NCBI RefSeq assembly: GCF_009914755.1
Contig: NC_060939.1
Reading direction: 5' to 3' (one strand)
Origin: the human T2T-CHM13v2.0 reference genome, Homo sapiens
DNA: 64,000 nucleotides
The notes under the pieces were generated by a model. The model had not been told where the DNA came from. It did no database searches and saw only the letters and a program-made list of their open reading frames with translations. Numbering within the stretch: position 1 is the stretch's first letter; every line of letters begins with the position of its first letter. The position numbers and the translations under genes were made by a program. This document shows positions 14,240 to 29,500 of the stretch, in pieces.

Positions 14240-16249
14240 TATGAGATGAATGTAATACATTGATCTTGATTCTTTTATTAAAGCAATATAAATTTAAGTT
14301 TCAATTCCTTAATTCTACAGCCAAAGGTAAAAGACATCCCCTACATATACTGAGTGGTAAGCCAAAGATACTAAAACTCAATCTTAGCCAAAATAAACAG
14401 TGGAATACTGGTCCCAGCATCCTTGTCCTGATCCCTCCCTGAGCCCTGGGTCCCTGTGAATCCCTAGAACCTTTCAACAAGCAGTGCCTGTGGTGTTTTC
14501 AATAAAAAAAAATCAAGGGCTGCAGCATCTTTTTATATCTTGTTTATGGCCACACCCTCCTCCCTTCCCTACCTCTGCAGCCTGTCTGCAATGAAGGAGG
14601 TACTAACAAAAGCAAGAACATCCCTTCAGTTAGGAGGTCAGCAAAGGGAGAAATGAACCAGGGTAAGAGAAAGCTGGGATTGCCAGAGACCACTGGCTCT
14701 CTGGGTGGCTTGGATCCAAAGTCAGAGGAGAGGCAGCTGGTTGTGGCTCGGTGATTGGGTGACCCCCTTCCCTCTGACCACAGGCAGGTGAGCACAGTCC
14801 TGCTTTAGCCGGGGTCCCTCATGGTGGTCTGGTCCTATACTCTTCCTGTAGTGCTTGGTTAGAGTCGGGCGGGGGTTGGCTGCACATTTATGCAGTGGCC
14901 TTTTGACCCTTCAGGGTGGTGGTAGTCTTCACCTTGAGCTTAGCCTGTGTTTGATGAGCACATTGCAGACCATTAAATTCACAAACCATTTCATTCTTAA
15001 CTCCCCACTACCTCTTATTTTTTAACCACGACATTGTGGGAAATGTTTGTCACTCCAAAACTGTGGAATTTTGCCATTCTAAAATTGTAGCAGCTTTGGG
15101 GAAATTACTTTTATAAAATTACTTTTATAAACTCCCTGGATTGAAAAAATAATAAAAAACAAAACAAAAAACCTTACAAACCACCTGGTCCCCTCACTTA
15201 CCATCTGGAAGATGGAACCTAGTAGAAGTAGTGACGTCCAGATCCATTCACAGGGTGGAGTCAGGCCTGGAGATTTTGAAACGTGCAAGATAAAAGTTTC
15301 CCTGTAATGAGTGTGGACTCAGTGTCCGCCTGCGTTTGGATTCACGCCCAAGGGAGGAGAGCAGTGAGTGGGGAGGGCTGGGCAGGCATGGCTGGTGGGA
15401 GTGAGCCCACTGGTGTTTGTTCACCTGCTGTGTGGTCATGGACATCTGGCTGGGGAAGCACATGGCCAGGGCTGGTGGTGCTGTCTCCTCCCTCTGCATG
15501 TGCTGCTGGCAGAACCTGGGCTCTGGAAAACAGGGATAATATCACCTGCCTACTGCCGCCATTGAAGGGTCAGAGTGTGGCCCTCACAGCCACACACTAG
15601 TGTGCCAGTCACACACTAGCCCTAGAGGCAGAAAGACACTTCCAGACCAGCCCCACCAGCTGTGCCTACAAAGGGTTAAGGGCCTGTCTACTTCCACTTC
15701 GATTTCCTTGCCTCTTCAATGGTATAAGGCTAATCAAAAGATAGATGTATTTGGAGGAGATCCCAGTTAATGATTTTCCTTTACCTCTTGATCAGCAATG
15801 ACAGAAGATTTTTTAGGTTTTCCCCTCCACACCCACTCTCCCGTTCCATGTGCCAGTCATTAAACCAGAAAACTTGCCTGCCAGGTAGGGAGCCAAATAC
15901 AGAAAGTGTTCACATGACAATTGAAGCAGACTTTGGTCCTGGCAGGCTCAGTGACTAAGAGAAGGTCCAGGTGCTAGAAGAGAGTGTCGGGGGTGCCACC
16001 AACAAAGCCTCTGGCGCTAGAGAGGGCCTTTGCCGGGGTCCCCTTCCCCTGCGCTGTCTTGGTGTCTCCATAGATTTCTCCACAGGTGTTTGAGCTCTGC
16101 ACATTAGAGCCTCTGTTTTAATGCAGAGGCCACAGCCTGAGAGCCGGCCCTCTCCACACAAGCACCTCACCCCATGGCTAGAGCCCCCTCCTGGCTGCCC
16201 GCCTGCACCCCCACACCGCAGTCACCCTCACTCGCTGTGGTTCTTCCAG

Positions 16250-16342
16250 GGCCCAGGAAACCTTCATGCAATGGGATCAGTGCCGGCGGTTCTACAACTT
16301 CCTCATGGCTGACAACATGAAGAAGATCATCCTCTCGCACAG
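16250..16342 (+). CDS. ABHD2: ABHD2 coding exon (93 nt)
   Basis: ttcttccag|g...cacag|gtaggt; AQETFMQWDQCRRFYNFLMADNMKKIILSHR; phase matches the neighbouring exons. Confidence 0.96.
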
Positions 16343-16512
16343 GTAGGTCACCTTCCGTTCTCTCTCAGGAGACAGACAGTTCCTTCCTGAGCTCATCTGG
16401 GAACCGTGAAAAGCCAGGACTCCTGTTCCTTCAGGGGAAAAAAAAAAATGCAGGTGTGGTACAGACTCTCTGCTGCCTGCATTTGTGACTTGATTAGAAA
16501 CAAACTTGTCTT

Positions 16513-16930
<418 letters not shown>

Positions 16931-19018
16931 TCATTGTTGAGGAGACCTTCCCTGTAGGATGCTTCTGTGCCTGGGGGATCAGGACTCATTCTTGGCTGGC
17001 GCTTGGGCTTCTGACCAAGCAGCAGCGGGACAGGAGGCTCAGGGCATGGTTTCGGCGCCTCCCTGCTCGGAGTTTGAGCCTCTCCTTATTCTTCATGCTT
17101 GTCCTGCCTCTCCGCCTGGTAATCCTGTGGTGGGTTAACCTGTCAAGTGCTTAGAGCAGTGCTGTTATGCATAGCACCAGATAAATATTAGCAATGACTT
17201 TTTCATTATGATTATTATTATTGCTGACATCTCTGCCTCCTCCTCTACGCCTCTCATTCCCTCTAGCTGGACTAGGCTACTTAGAGGTTCCTGTGTCCCC
17301 TGGCCTCTGCCACACTACTTACTGCCCTTGCTGAGAATACTCTCCCGTTTCTCTGCTGGTGGGAACTCAGCCCATCCTTTAAAGTCCATCTCAGTTCTCC
17401 TGCTTCTGTGAAGCCAACTCATCCATGCCCAAGTTGCTTTTCTTTTGCTTCCCCTCTGTAAATCCTACGTCTAGAACCAAACTGGAGAGCGTTGGAGGGC
17501 TTAGGCATGTGTTGATTGCTCCCAGCACCCGAGACACACCCGTTCGCTCAAAAAAATTTGGGGGATTTTTGGTATCACCCTAGAAAAAGCAATCTGACTA
17601 AATGATCAATTTCTTGTTCTCTTTTTTCCAGTGGCTAAAGCAGACCACACACCCCAGATTGGGCTTCCTACGGGTGGGCGTTCACATGGCACCTAAGCAA
17701 GGCTGGGCTTGAAGGCCCCATCAGGCTGCCACGTTGCCAAACATGTCCTTGTGTCCTCGTGTCTGGAAGGAGAGCAGAGGGAGACTTATGTCCCCTGTGC
17801 TGGCTGGAAAATCAGCTGTTCCCACTTGGCTCATGTTGTTTGAGATTCAGCTGTGTGCTGGGCACTGAGGTGCGTGTAGCTCAGCTGAGTTTGAATGGGT
17901 CTGGAGATTGCAGATGTTTTGTAGCCAGAAGGGGTGGATCCAGGCCTCTGACACCAAGTCCAAGTCCTCTGTCTGCGTTTCCACACCTCTGGTGTCAAAA
18001 GTGACTCCTCCCAGGAAACATTTGTTTTGCTAAAGGACCCAGTCTTGCTACTAATTAGTCTAGAAGGTTCAAATTATGAGAGTCCTTTGAGTGTACTCTA
18101 AGTATTCACATTTTTCAAATTTACTACAGAAAGCCAAACATTTAGAAATTTTAGGTTAACTTTGAATTTGTACATTCTATCCAGTAGGTATATAATCTTC
18201 CTAATAGTCTTTTGAAAAAAATAAATGCTACAGAAATGTGTTCTTCTTTTGGAGAGGTTGTGAATGAGTCGCAGAATACCAAGTTGGCATAATAAATCCT
18301 TCCTACCGCAGGGCCATGCCTCAACAAATTCAGTCCGCTTCCAGGTGTGTGACTGAGAGCCCTTGCTGGGAAGAGAGGTCAAAAATGCACGTTGTGACCC
18401 CTACCTCTAATGTCATCCTCTCCAGATGGATTTTTTCTTAATAGAAATGCTGGTTCCACTTGGGGGTTGGGAAAAAAAAAATGATTGCTCTCCTGAATAG
18501 ATGTTAGCTTTTATCTAAGACACTAGAGAGCTGTTGGTTTGCCCAAATGCTAAATGAGTTAACCCTTGTCTTCCTCGCTTTTTGTTTGTTTTCCACTCCT
18601 TCCTGCACACTGAGTCTTCCTTGTTAAGCAACACAAACAGCTCATTAAGGGGAAGGGTCTCTGCCAAGGGGGACATTGTCAACACAGTGTAAGGACGACG
18701 CCCCTACGGCTTGGCCCATGGCCCACCACTCACCACAAGGCCCGTCTTGAGCCCCCCTCCCCTGTGCTGAAGGTTTTTTAATATTCAACTAGGTTCAAAC
18801 CCAATCTTTAGTTTGTCTGGGTACCCCTGAAAAGGGAAATAAGGTTTTGACATTAACAGCGCCAGCTCATCCTCTGGGACATTCCAAAGGCTAAAGGTTC
18901 TATTTCTAACTGACCACGTTGGCTCTCCCTCCTGGCTTGCTGTGGCAAGGAAGCAGGCTATGCCATGGTTGTTCATCCTCCACATCTTAATCTCTGTTTG
19001 CTTTTGTGTTTGCTCTAG

Positions 19019-19129
19019 GCAAGCTCTTTTTGGAGACCATGTTAAGAAACCCCAGAGCCTGGAAGACACGGACTTGAGCCGGCTCTACACAGCAACATCC
19101 CTGATGCAGATTGATGACAATGTGATGAG
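19019..19129 (+). CDS. ABHD2: ABHD2 coding exon (111 nt)
   Basis: tgctctag|g...atgag|gtgtgt; QALFGDHVKKPQSLEDTDLSRLYTATSLMQIDDNVMR. Confidence 0.96.
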
Positions 19130-19431
19130 GTGTGTCCGCGCAGGCGGGAGAGGGACGCTCTGGGGCAGGGTGCCAGGCAGGAGGCTGCAGGTCAGCTGTG
19201 CCCAGCACTAGTGTTTGCTCTGCCTACTTGAGTGTTAAGGGTGTTTTTTTCCCTTTAAGTAAGTGTCTAGTGCTTAAAAACAGAAGATTTCACAGGAACA
19301 TTTAAATTTCTAGTTTCTCCTGGAAAATAGGAAAAGGATCCGACCACTCATTCTGCATTCCTACAAAGCACAGTTAGCTTGATTCAAGGAGCTGGGGCGT
19401 GCAGGCCCTAGCATGGGCAGTCTTCACCCTA

Positions 19432-19724
<293 letters not shown>

Positions 19725-20028
19725 GAAGTAGAAAAACAGAAGATAGACCAAGAGGACTATGTGTTTCAAGCAAAATGGACAGAGCCTCTTACTTTGGGGC
19801 ATGGTGACTCCACTCTGAGTGTGAGACACAAATACTGCCCACTTCATTCATCTACTCTTTATCTGCCTCTCTCCTCCAGGCACCTGAGGTTGCAGCCTTG
19901 ACAGTGGCCTCTTTCCTGGTTCCAGTAGTTTCTGATTGAGGTTAGCCTCAGCTGAAAAAGGAAAAGTTGACCTCTGATCTCATCATTCTCTTTAAATACG
20001 TGATCCTTTTCATTTAACAATCATTTGA

Positions 20029-20340
20029 GGCCAGGAACAGTGGCTCATGCCTGTAATTCCAGCACCTGGGGAGGCTGAGGCTGGAGGATCACATGAGGCA
20101 AGGAGTTTGAGACCAGCCTGGGCAACATAGCAAGTCCCTGTCTCTACAAAAAAAAACTGAAAAATAAAAATAGCCGGGCATAGTGGCACACACCTGTAGT
20201 CCCAGCTGCTTAGGAGGCTGAGACAGGAGGATCACTTGAGCTCATAAGTTTGAGATTACAGTGAGCTATGGTCCCAACACTGCACTGGAGCCCAGCCTGG
20301 GCAACAGAGCAAGGCCCTGTCCCTAAAATATAAAAAATAA
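20029..20340 (+). mobile_element. AluJ
   Basis: J-type features (gggcaacatagcaag..., gcagtgagctatg-like). Confidence 0.9.
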
Positions 20341-21905
20341 ATTATTTGATATTTTTAGATGTAGCTTAAAGCAAGCAATTATTCTTCATCTAATAGATAG
20401 GCAGATATTGACCTAAGGGTATAGGATCTCTGCTTTGCTTCCTTATGAGATTTTAGTAGCCTTCTTACACCAAGTAACGTTGAAATATGCCTGCTAACAG
20501 TTTCTCAAAGGAAATGAAAACTAGGAAATTGCTGGTATGTTCAGAAGGTGAAAAATGAATCTTACCCACCCTCACTTCAGATGAAGTGTGTGACTGTATT
20601 GCGGTGTGTGGTAAGAAAAAACAAATTAAATTTCCCATTCATCTCCTAAATTTTTTAAGCCCAGAAGAGAATGTTTCTCAACACTCTCTAAAGTCTTTCC
20701 TCTTTAATAGCGTTGGAAAATAGCAGTTTTATGATCATAACCAGTCTTGGTGGCTTCCTCAGAGATCCATCCCAGTAATACTGGAGGGATGGAACAATGC
20801 ATTTCCTGCCTGCTGAGACTGCAAACGAACTGATTTCACAAGGACAGGCATCTTAGAGATGATCTCTACACTTGGCCTCCACCCTGTCAAGAGGGCCCTA
20901 CTAGTCCAGCCTGAGCTTTCCAGGCCATTCCCAGGCAGAGATGTCTAATGAGATCCACAGCTTTGGGGGAGGAAGGATAGCTTAAAGACCCTAGTCAAAA
21001 CAGGAAGACCCACCATTCAGAAGCCAGAGGCCCTAATCTGTGTCAGAAAGAGGTTTTGAGATCTTCTGGCCTAGGCCTCCTGGTGTCGGAGCTCCAGATT
21101 GAACCTTGAGGGGCCTCTGGGAGCACGGAGCAGAGCAGAGCAGAGCTGCGGCCCCTCATTCATGCTGAGCACTGAAGGTTTTGTTACATGCCAGTTTATC
21201 TCTATTGCTCTGTAGTCAGAGATCGGAGCAGTAGTCAGAGATAAAGGGACAGAACTGGTAACTTTGAATGACGGTCTCATTTCTGTTACCTAATACATAT
21301 TTTATTCCAATTCACGGTGGTCCTGTTACTCCACTAAGAACTCTGTTAAAAGGAAAGTTCCAGTAAATGTCCTTGAATTTCAGTTTCTCCATATCTATAG
21401 TGACATCTGGTTTTATACTGCCACAAGAGATGTAACATACACTAATAATTACTATAGATAACAATTACTACAGGGTAATTACTCTGGGTCGGTCATGATG
21501 CTAGTAAGCACTTGAACATCATAAGTCTCACAGTTCCATTGAGGAAGGCCCTGTCTTCAGATTCATTTTATACAGGAGAAGCTGAGGCTCAGATAAGTTG
21601 AACCATTTGCCCAAGGTCACATAGCCAGTAAATAACCGAAGCAGGATTTGAACCCCAATGCCAAAGCCAGTGCTCTTAACCCTGAACCTTGCTACCTGCA
21701 TACATTTCATTGATATGATGAGTTAGTGCAGGATCTGGAACAGTCATAAAATCAGCTCAGCATTCAGGCCTAGCTCCTGCCTCTGTCTACTCTACCAATG
21801 CCACAAGTTAGCGTGAGGAACTGGAGCCATCGTCGGCTCAGCATTCTGATCTTAAAGACCAATGTTTTGTCCTTTTTCTTTTTTTCTTTTTCTGGTGTGT
21901 TGCAG

Positions 21906-21975
21906 GAAGTTTCACGGCTATAACTCCCTGAAGGAATACTATGAGGAAGAAAGTTGCATGCGGTACCTGCACAGG
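21906..21975 (+). CDS. ABHD2: ABHD2 coding exon (70 nt)
   Basis: Long polypyrimidine tract, tgttgcag|g...agg|gtgagt; KFHGYNSLKEYYEEESCMRYLHR. Confidence 0.96.
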
Positions 21976-22384
21976 GTGAGTGGCCATCACGGGCTCAGAA
22001 TCAGCATCACTCCACCCAGCCTCGCACACAATACGACAGATACCTCTCCTGAATTTTCCTGGTGGAAGCTCAGCTGGAATCTGGCTCCAACCGCTCTTTT
22101 AGCTTGGATTTGTTTATTGAACCAGGCTCTGTCCCTCTGTAACTGCCATACATTAATCCCAGAGCTGCCCCTTAGACTGGTGTGCTCCCATGTCTGTGTG
22201 AGGGCCTTTAAAAGTGCTCCAACACCCACTTTTTTCTTAGTCTTCCTTTGACAGTATAATCCTGTCTGGTTTCTGCCAGATCAGTGAGATCTGTCTAGAT
22301 TTCTTACCATCCGGGACCCTCTTTTGGCCATTCTGTATTTTGTTACCATAGTGCCTAAGACTGAACTCAAAATTCCTGCCATGA

Positions 22385-22749
<365 letters not shown>

Positions 22750-23323
22750 TGAGCATGTCTGTTGATAAGGTAGACTTGTTTGTATTAATGCAACTTTTAG
22801 CAGCTACAATAAACTTTGTGTGATTAAGTTTGTGGCCAACCGAAATCTCCATATGTTTGTTTTACCTGAATGACCAACAAGCCAGTCCCTCTCATTCTGT
22901 CTTTGCACAATTTATTGCCCTATTTATCCAAACACAGGACTTCCCATTTATCCTTGTCAATGTCCACCTGTAGGTTTGGCCCATCATTCCCCTGGCTAAA
23001 GCAGATCACTGGAAACTGTAGTTGTGCTGTCTTATCAGCCATCTCTCCTAGTTTAGCATCATCAGGCTTTTTGATGTCGTCATTTAAGCCATTGTAGGAA
23101 TGTTGAGCTGTCTAGAGCCAACATCAGAGACCTACAGGATACCACAATCATTCACTGCCTCATTATGGCTGTTCAATGACATCTGAGTCTCCCTATCAGT
23201 ACCATCTCCACTAAAATGAAAAAGAAGGCTATTGGCTGTTTTAGTAAAGTGGATGTTGAATGCAACCCTGCCAACGGTTTTCCAATATCCACCAGCCTAT
23301 TCCTGTTTTCAACCTTCAGATTC

Positions 23324-23689
<366 letters not shown>

Positions 23690-24059
23690 TAGAATCTCTT
23701 TTGTCTGGTATGGAGTGCACTTCATTTTCCGCTCCCATGATATAAACTGAATGAATATGTACATAATTCATTGCAAAGTCATTTCCTAAAAGGAGTGGCT
23801 AATCTGAAACACTCTGATGATTATCAGGAAGCTTTCTTCTACACACTCCTGCTTTCAGGGCAGTAATCACAATGGCAGATGTAACTCATCACACTGCCAG
23901 AGAATACAAGGCGTCCTTCCTGTACCTGTTCAGCAAGCTGAGCTGTGACCCTCTTCCCTTTGCTTCAAAAACATGTCCAGCAGTGAGTTTGAGCCTTGAA
24001 TCGATGGGGTCTGAAAATGGGAATCAGTAGTTTAATTCTGCTTTATGTTCTTGTTGCAG

Positions 24060-24144
24060 ATTTATGTTCCTCTCATGCTGGTTAATGCAGCTGACGATCC
24101 GTTGGTGCATGAAAGTCTTCTAACCATTCCAAAATCTCTTTCAG
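24060..24144 (+). CDS. ABHD2: ABHD2 coding exon (85 nt) with the catalytic Asp
   Basis: ttgttgcag|att...tcag|gtaagt; IYVPLMLVNAADDPLVHESLLTIPKSLS. Confidence 0.96.
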
Positions 24145-24494
24145 GTAAGTGTTTCTTCCTGCTGCCCTCTCAACAGCTCAGCAAGTTGCCACAGTAAATT
24201 CTGTCACCTTCACCATGCTGTCATCTCCTGGAGACCACCCTCTTTAGGGAAAGACATCTCATAGCAGTCAGTGTTCTTATTCTGTGTAGCCTGATAGTCC
24301 TCGGGCTGTGATGGGGCTTGGGCATCAGGCCTCCCTCGTGTTCCTCCCAGGGCATGAGACAGGACCACCATGTATATCCATAGCCAGTAGGGCTTTGGGG
24401 AGTCACTTGAGGTTCTATGAGATTATCTCAGGGTTAGGGTTCCCCTAAGTTTGAAAGTTTGACATCAAGAGATATTTAGATTTAAAATTCGAGA

Positions 24495-24948
<454 letters not shown>

Positions 24949-25039
24949 TTTGACTTGAAAAGCAAAACAAAAAATCCGGTTCTGCTATCTCTTGTGACAG
25001 CCTCTCCATCTGCTTGAAACATACAAATAGAAGCAACTG

Positions 25040-25288
25040 GGCCAAGTGTGGTGGCTCATGCCTATAAATCCCAGCACTTTGGGAGGCCGAGGTAGGTAGA
25101 TCACTTGAGGTCAGGAGTTTGAGATCAGCCTGGCCAACATGGTGAAACCCCATCTCTACTAAAAATACAAAAATTAGCCAGGCGTGGTGGTACATGCTAC
25201 TGGAGAGGCTGAGGCATGAGAATCGCTTGAACCCGGGAGTGGAGGTTGCAGTGAGCTGAGACTCTGTCCCAAAAAAATAAAAAATAAA
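25040..25288 (+). mobile_element. AluS with internal deletions
   Basis: Dimer lacking parts of the right arm. Confidence 0.9.
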
Positions 25289-25469
25289 GTCAAGCTCTAG
25301 GTTATTATTTCTCAGGATGGCCACTTAGCATGTGGCGTTGAGAGCTTGGGCATCTTTTAACACAACGTGCAGCTTTAAGGATCTTGAAGATAAATGTCTG
25401 TAGTGAAAACTCATTGACTCCATTGAATTCTCCTCGTTCTCTAGTAAAAATACTGTAAATGCCATGAAT

Positions 25470-25800
25470 CGCTACTCAGAGCCTGGCCCCCACCACTACC
25501 ATGGGCATCACCTGGGAACTTTTTAAAAATGCAGACTCTCACCTCCCACTTCAGGCTTATTAAATCAAAATCTGCATTTTAATAAGATATCCTAAGTGAT
25601 TTTGATGCACAAAGTTAGGAAACACATTGAATCACCTGGGGAGCTTGAGCAATACCAACACTTGGGAATTCCCTTCCCTCACTCCTCTCCCACCTCCCAC
25701 CCCCAGAGATTCTGATTTAATTCATCTGGGCCAGCCTGGGGTTAAGGAGCTTTAAGAACTCCACAACTGATTCTAATATGCAGCCGAGTTTGAGAACCCT
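25470..25800. mobile_element. MER5A/MER5B fragments
   Basis: catcacctgggaac...aaatgcagactc...; gaatcacctggggagc...gtttgagaacc. Confidence 0.7.
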
Positions 25801-26050
25801 TTAGAGTTCTAAGGCTTTCTTCAGCTGGTGCCCATTCAGCTCCAAAGCCAAGCTGTATTCTAAAACCTGCTAGATGCCACTGTCTTGCCTGCCCCCTCTT
25901 TGGTGAACAAGGCAGAGTGAGTAGAGGTTGGATGCCCACTTAGGTGACCCTGCGGGGACAGCCAGGCTACCCTAGCCAGCTCACCTCTGCACCTCCTGTC
26001 CTGGAGCAAACTAGAGAACAGTAACTCACTCAGCTGCGTTTCCCCTGCAG

Positions 26051-26247
26051 AGAAACGAGAGAACGTCATGTTTGTGCTGCCTCTGCATGGGGGCCACTTG
26101 GGCTTCTTTGAGGGCTCTGTGCTGTTCCCCGAGCCCCTGACATGGATGGATAAGCTGGTGGTGGAGTACGCCAACGCCATTTGCCAATGGGAGCGTAACA
26201 AGTTGCAGTGCTCTGACACGGAGCAGGTGGAGGCCGACCTGGAGTGA
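26051..26247 (+). CDS. ABHD2: ABHD2 last coding exon with the catalytic His and stop codon
   Basis: tcccctgcag|ag; (E)KRENVMFVLPLHGGHLGFFEGSVLFPEPLTWMDKLVVEYANAICQWERNKLQCSDTEQVEADLE then TGA. Confidence 0.97.
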
Positions 26248-26551
26248 GGCCTCCGGACTCTGGCACGCTCCAGCAGCCCTCCTCTGGAAGCTGCGTCCCC
26301 TCACCCCCTGTTTCAGGTCTCCCATCTCCCTCAGTGACCTGGATCTGACCTCACACCATCAGCAGGGGGCACCCACCATGCACACCTGTCTCGGAGTAGG
26401 CAGCTCTTCCTGGGAGCTCCAGGCTATTTTTGTGCTTAGTTACTGGTTTTCTCCATTGCATTGTTAGGCATGGTGACAAGTGACAGAGTTCTTGCCCTCT
26501 GTCCAGTTTCAGCATCTGGTTGCTTTTAAGCCAAGTACATCTAGTTTCCCT

Positions 26552-26557
26552 ATTAAA
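26552..26557 (+). terminator. Candidate proximal poly(A) signal (ATTAAA) of ABHD2
   Basis: ATTAAA ~300 nt after the stop, followed by T/GT-rich sequence (gattttgctttg, ttttgtggtggttgtatgtgt). Confidence 0.55.
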
Positions 26558-29500
26558 AATGTGTCTGAATAGCGATTTTGCTTTGCCACCAAAAGGCTTT
26601 TCCCTGAGAACAGTGAAGGATGTATGTCATTTTGTGGTGGTTGTATGTGTCCTTACATAGACCTTAAAAAGAGCTCACCCTTCCAGGCCAATGCTGAAGA
26701 CACAGCTCCGCTTGGGAGCCTGAGAACCCAGGCTTCCCAGGCCAGAGTGTGGCTTCTTAAACGGCAAAGGAAATTCCTTTGAGTCACAAGCCAAGTTTTC
26801 GCCCTGTCTCCTGAGACCATTTCCCTACGCTTTGCTGCTGCTGAGAGTTACCTGAGGCACTTGTTAAAAATTCAGCCTCCCAGGTCCCTCCCCTCGGAGA
26901 GGCTGATTCACTGGGTCTGGGAAGGAGCCTGGGGATTTTAATTTTTCACAAGTGCCCCAGATGATTCTCATCACCAAGCAAATTTTGGAAATGCTGTTCA
27001 ACAGCGCCCTTAAATTGGAAACATCTTTGCAGCTCGTTTTATTGAAATTCATAATCAGGGGTGTCCTCTAGCTCCCACGGTCTCCAGAGCAGCAAGGCCG
27101 GCTATGGAGCTGCCGTCGTGTGACCACAGTGTGATGTCTCAGAAGGGCTCTGGGTGGGCTGAGCATCTGGGCTGTGCCCTGGCTCTGCTTTTCACCCTGG
27201 ACAAAGTCGCTGTGGACTTCAATTTCTTCACCTCTAAAATGGGGGACTTGGACCAGGTAGATTGCTGAGCTCACTACCAGGTTCAAAGTTCAATGACAAA
27301 CTCAGTTTACTGAGGTTTGAGAGAACATCCCTCCAGGGGAGCCTGGGAGCTGCTCTCCCAGTCTAAGCATGTAGATATCATCGTTTGCCTTTTGTGTGTG
27401 TGTGTCCCTTATTTGATAAAAAGATGTTTTGAGTTGTTTTTTTTTTAAGCACTCACTTGTAATTTTAGTTTTTAAACCCAAGTCCCTCTAACTTTGCCTT
27501 TGATACCAAACAATTCAAAAGTTGGATCTGAGTTTGGAGAAAGATATTTCCAACCTAAGTGGGTATTATTTTGAAACCAGATTTTTAATTTAATAGCCTA
27601 TATTTGTAGTCTGTTGGATAGGTGTTTCCAAAGTGTGTCTTCTCAAGTGAAAACGCAACTCTAGGTTTCAAGTACTCCTTTTCTCCGATCCTGTGGTACT
27701 TGAATATCCAAAAACCCTGCACTTTGAACAATCAGCTGTTGCTATCTGGAACTAAACAGAACTATGAGTAAAATTGCCTGGATACTTTAAAAAGATATTT
27801 TTCCTCCTTCATCTCCTTTGACTCCAGGACAGACTGGAATATAAGTAGTGGGTCTGCATGGATGTTTCAGGGATCAAAGGAGCCACCTGGGCGCCTGAGT
27901 GCCAACCCTCAGGGCCACAGGTGGGTGTGGTTTGGGCACGGGTCCAAGTGACTGTGACGGGACCCGTGGGCATGGGTCCAGGTCTGTAACCTGAAGAAGT
28001 TGTTTTCTGACAATCACCAAATCATCCGAATGACATCAAAAGCAGCCCTTATCTCAGAGACTGAGATTTCTGTGGTCTCAACTTCGCTTTGGTATAATTT
28101 CTGGCACTCACCAGCCTCTATCATTATGACTTTCCCCCCAGTGTATTATTTCTCTAATAGGTTTCCTTTTCACGTTCTTTTAGCACAGACTGGCACTTTA
28201 CCCTCTCAATTTGGAAGTTAGCCCCTCTCCTCTGTTACTTTTCCCTTCACCCAACTACAGCTGTGATCTAGAACATTCATAGTCATATTTCTGCTACTAC
28301 TACCTTCATTTATCAAGACTTTTTATGAGAATAGGTAAACCAAGCAATAACTTCCTAGGACTGAATCACCACCCCAGAAGAGCGAGAGGCTCCTTTCATA
28401 TGCCTGAGGCCACACCCCTTAACCTGTTCTGACAAAATAGTGGCTGGCCCATGTACCAGCTCCATTCAGAAATTCAGGAAGAGAAAAGACAGCCCTGTTG
28501 TCACACAAACCGGTGTGGGGGAGGGTGGAGCCTGGTCTGCACGGCAGTCCTGGTGGCCCCTGTGGAGGACAGGCAGGGCTGGCAGCATAGCCTTTGTTGC
28601 CACACAACCGGAATTTGCTCCCCCAGGACTGTGGGAGCCAGTGTCCCAGCTGAAATCTTTTTAGTGTGTGGCTCTGAATGGCACTCACATTCCATTTTGG
28701 CTCACATGAAACTAACTGAAGCCCTTTGTTCAAGCTTCAGGCTCTTAGGCATGGAAATGAGAATGTGACTGTGGCTGTCTTACAGGAAAATTCTTGTTTG
28801 TCCCTGAATGAGAGCACAGAGGCATTGAATTCACAGAGCTGCAAACTTGCCTGATAAATGAGGGAGTGGCAGTTTATAGATAGGTCATCTTTTTTCCTTC
28901 CTCCAGGTGTCCTTGCCTTTCTTCCCAAAGTCATTCATTTCTGATGAGTATATGAATCCCCCTCTTGCTAGTAAGGTTCTATTTGGGCTAAAACAAGGCT
29001 GAATTTTTAAAGAGTATTTGAATATATTTTAGAATCAAATTGAGGCTATAAATTGCATCAATCTGGACAATTCCATTGCAGGAATAATATGTTAAAAACC
29101 AATGGGGAGAAGCACCCACATCTCTCCTGTAGCACTCCGTGTCTCATAAGCAATTTGAAGACACTTACAAGTAACTGATTCCAGTCAAATTAGGATTAAC
29201 TGACTCAAAAAATGGTGTCAAGTTTCTTTAATGTTTTTATGTTAGAAGTGAGTTTAACAGACTTGAAGAAAACTGTTATCTTTTCCTGCTGTGAGTTTAC
29301 ACAAATGATTCCAGAGCAGAATGAAAGCAGAAAGCTGTTGGTTACAATATTCTTTTAACCTCTCTGCAGCATTTTACACTTACTGGGAACCTTATGATTC
29401 ACCGTAAGAGTGGAAATATACCTGAGTTCGTGTCCTAATGGTCTCTAATTCACATTGGATCGTGGGCAAATCACCTCACCTCTCTGAGCCTGTTCCCTCC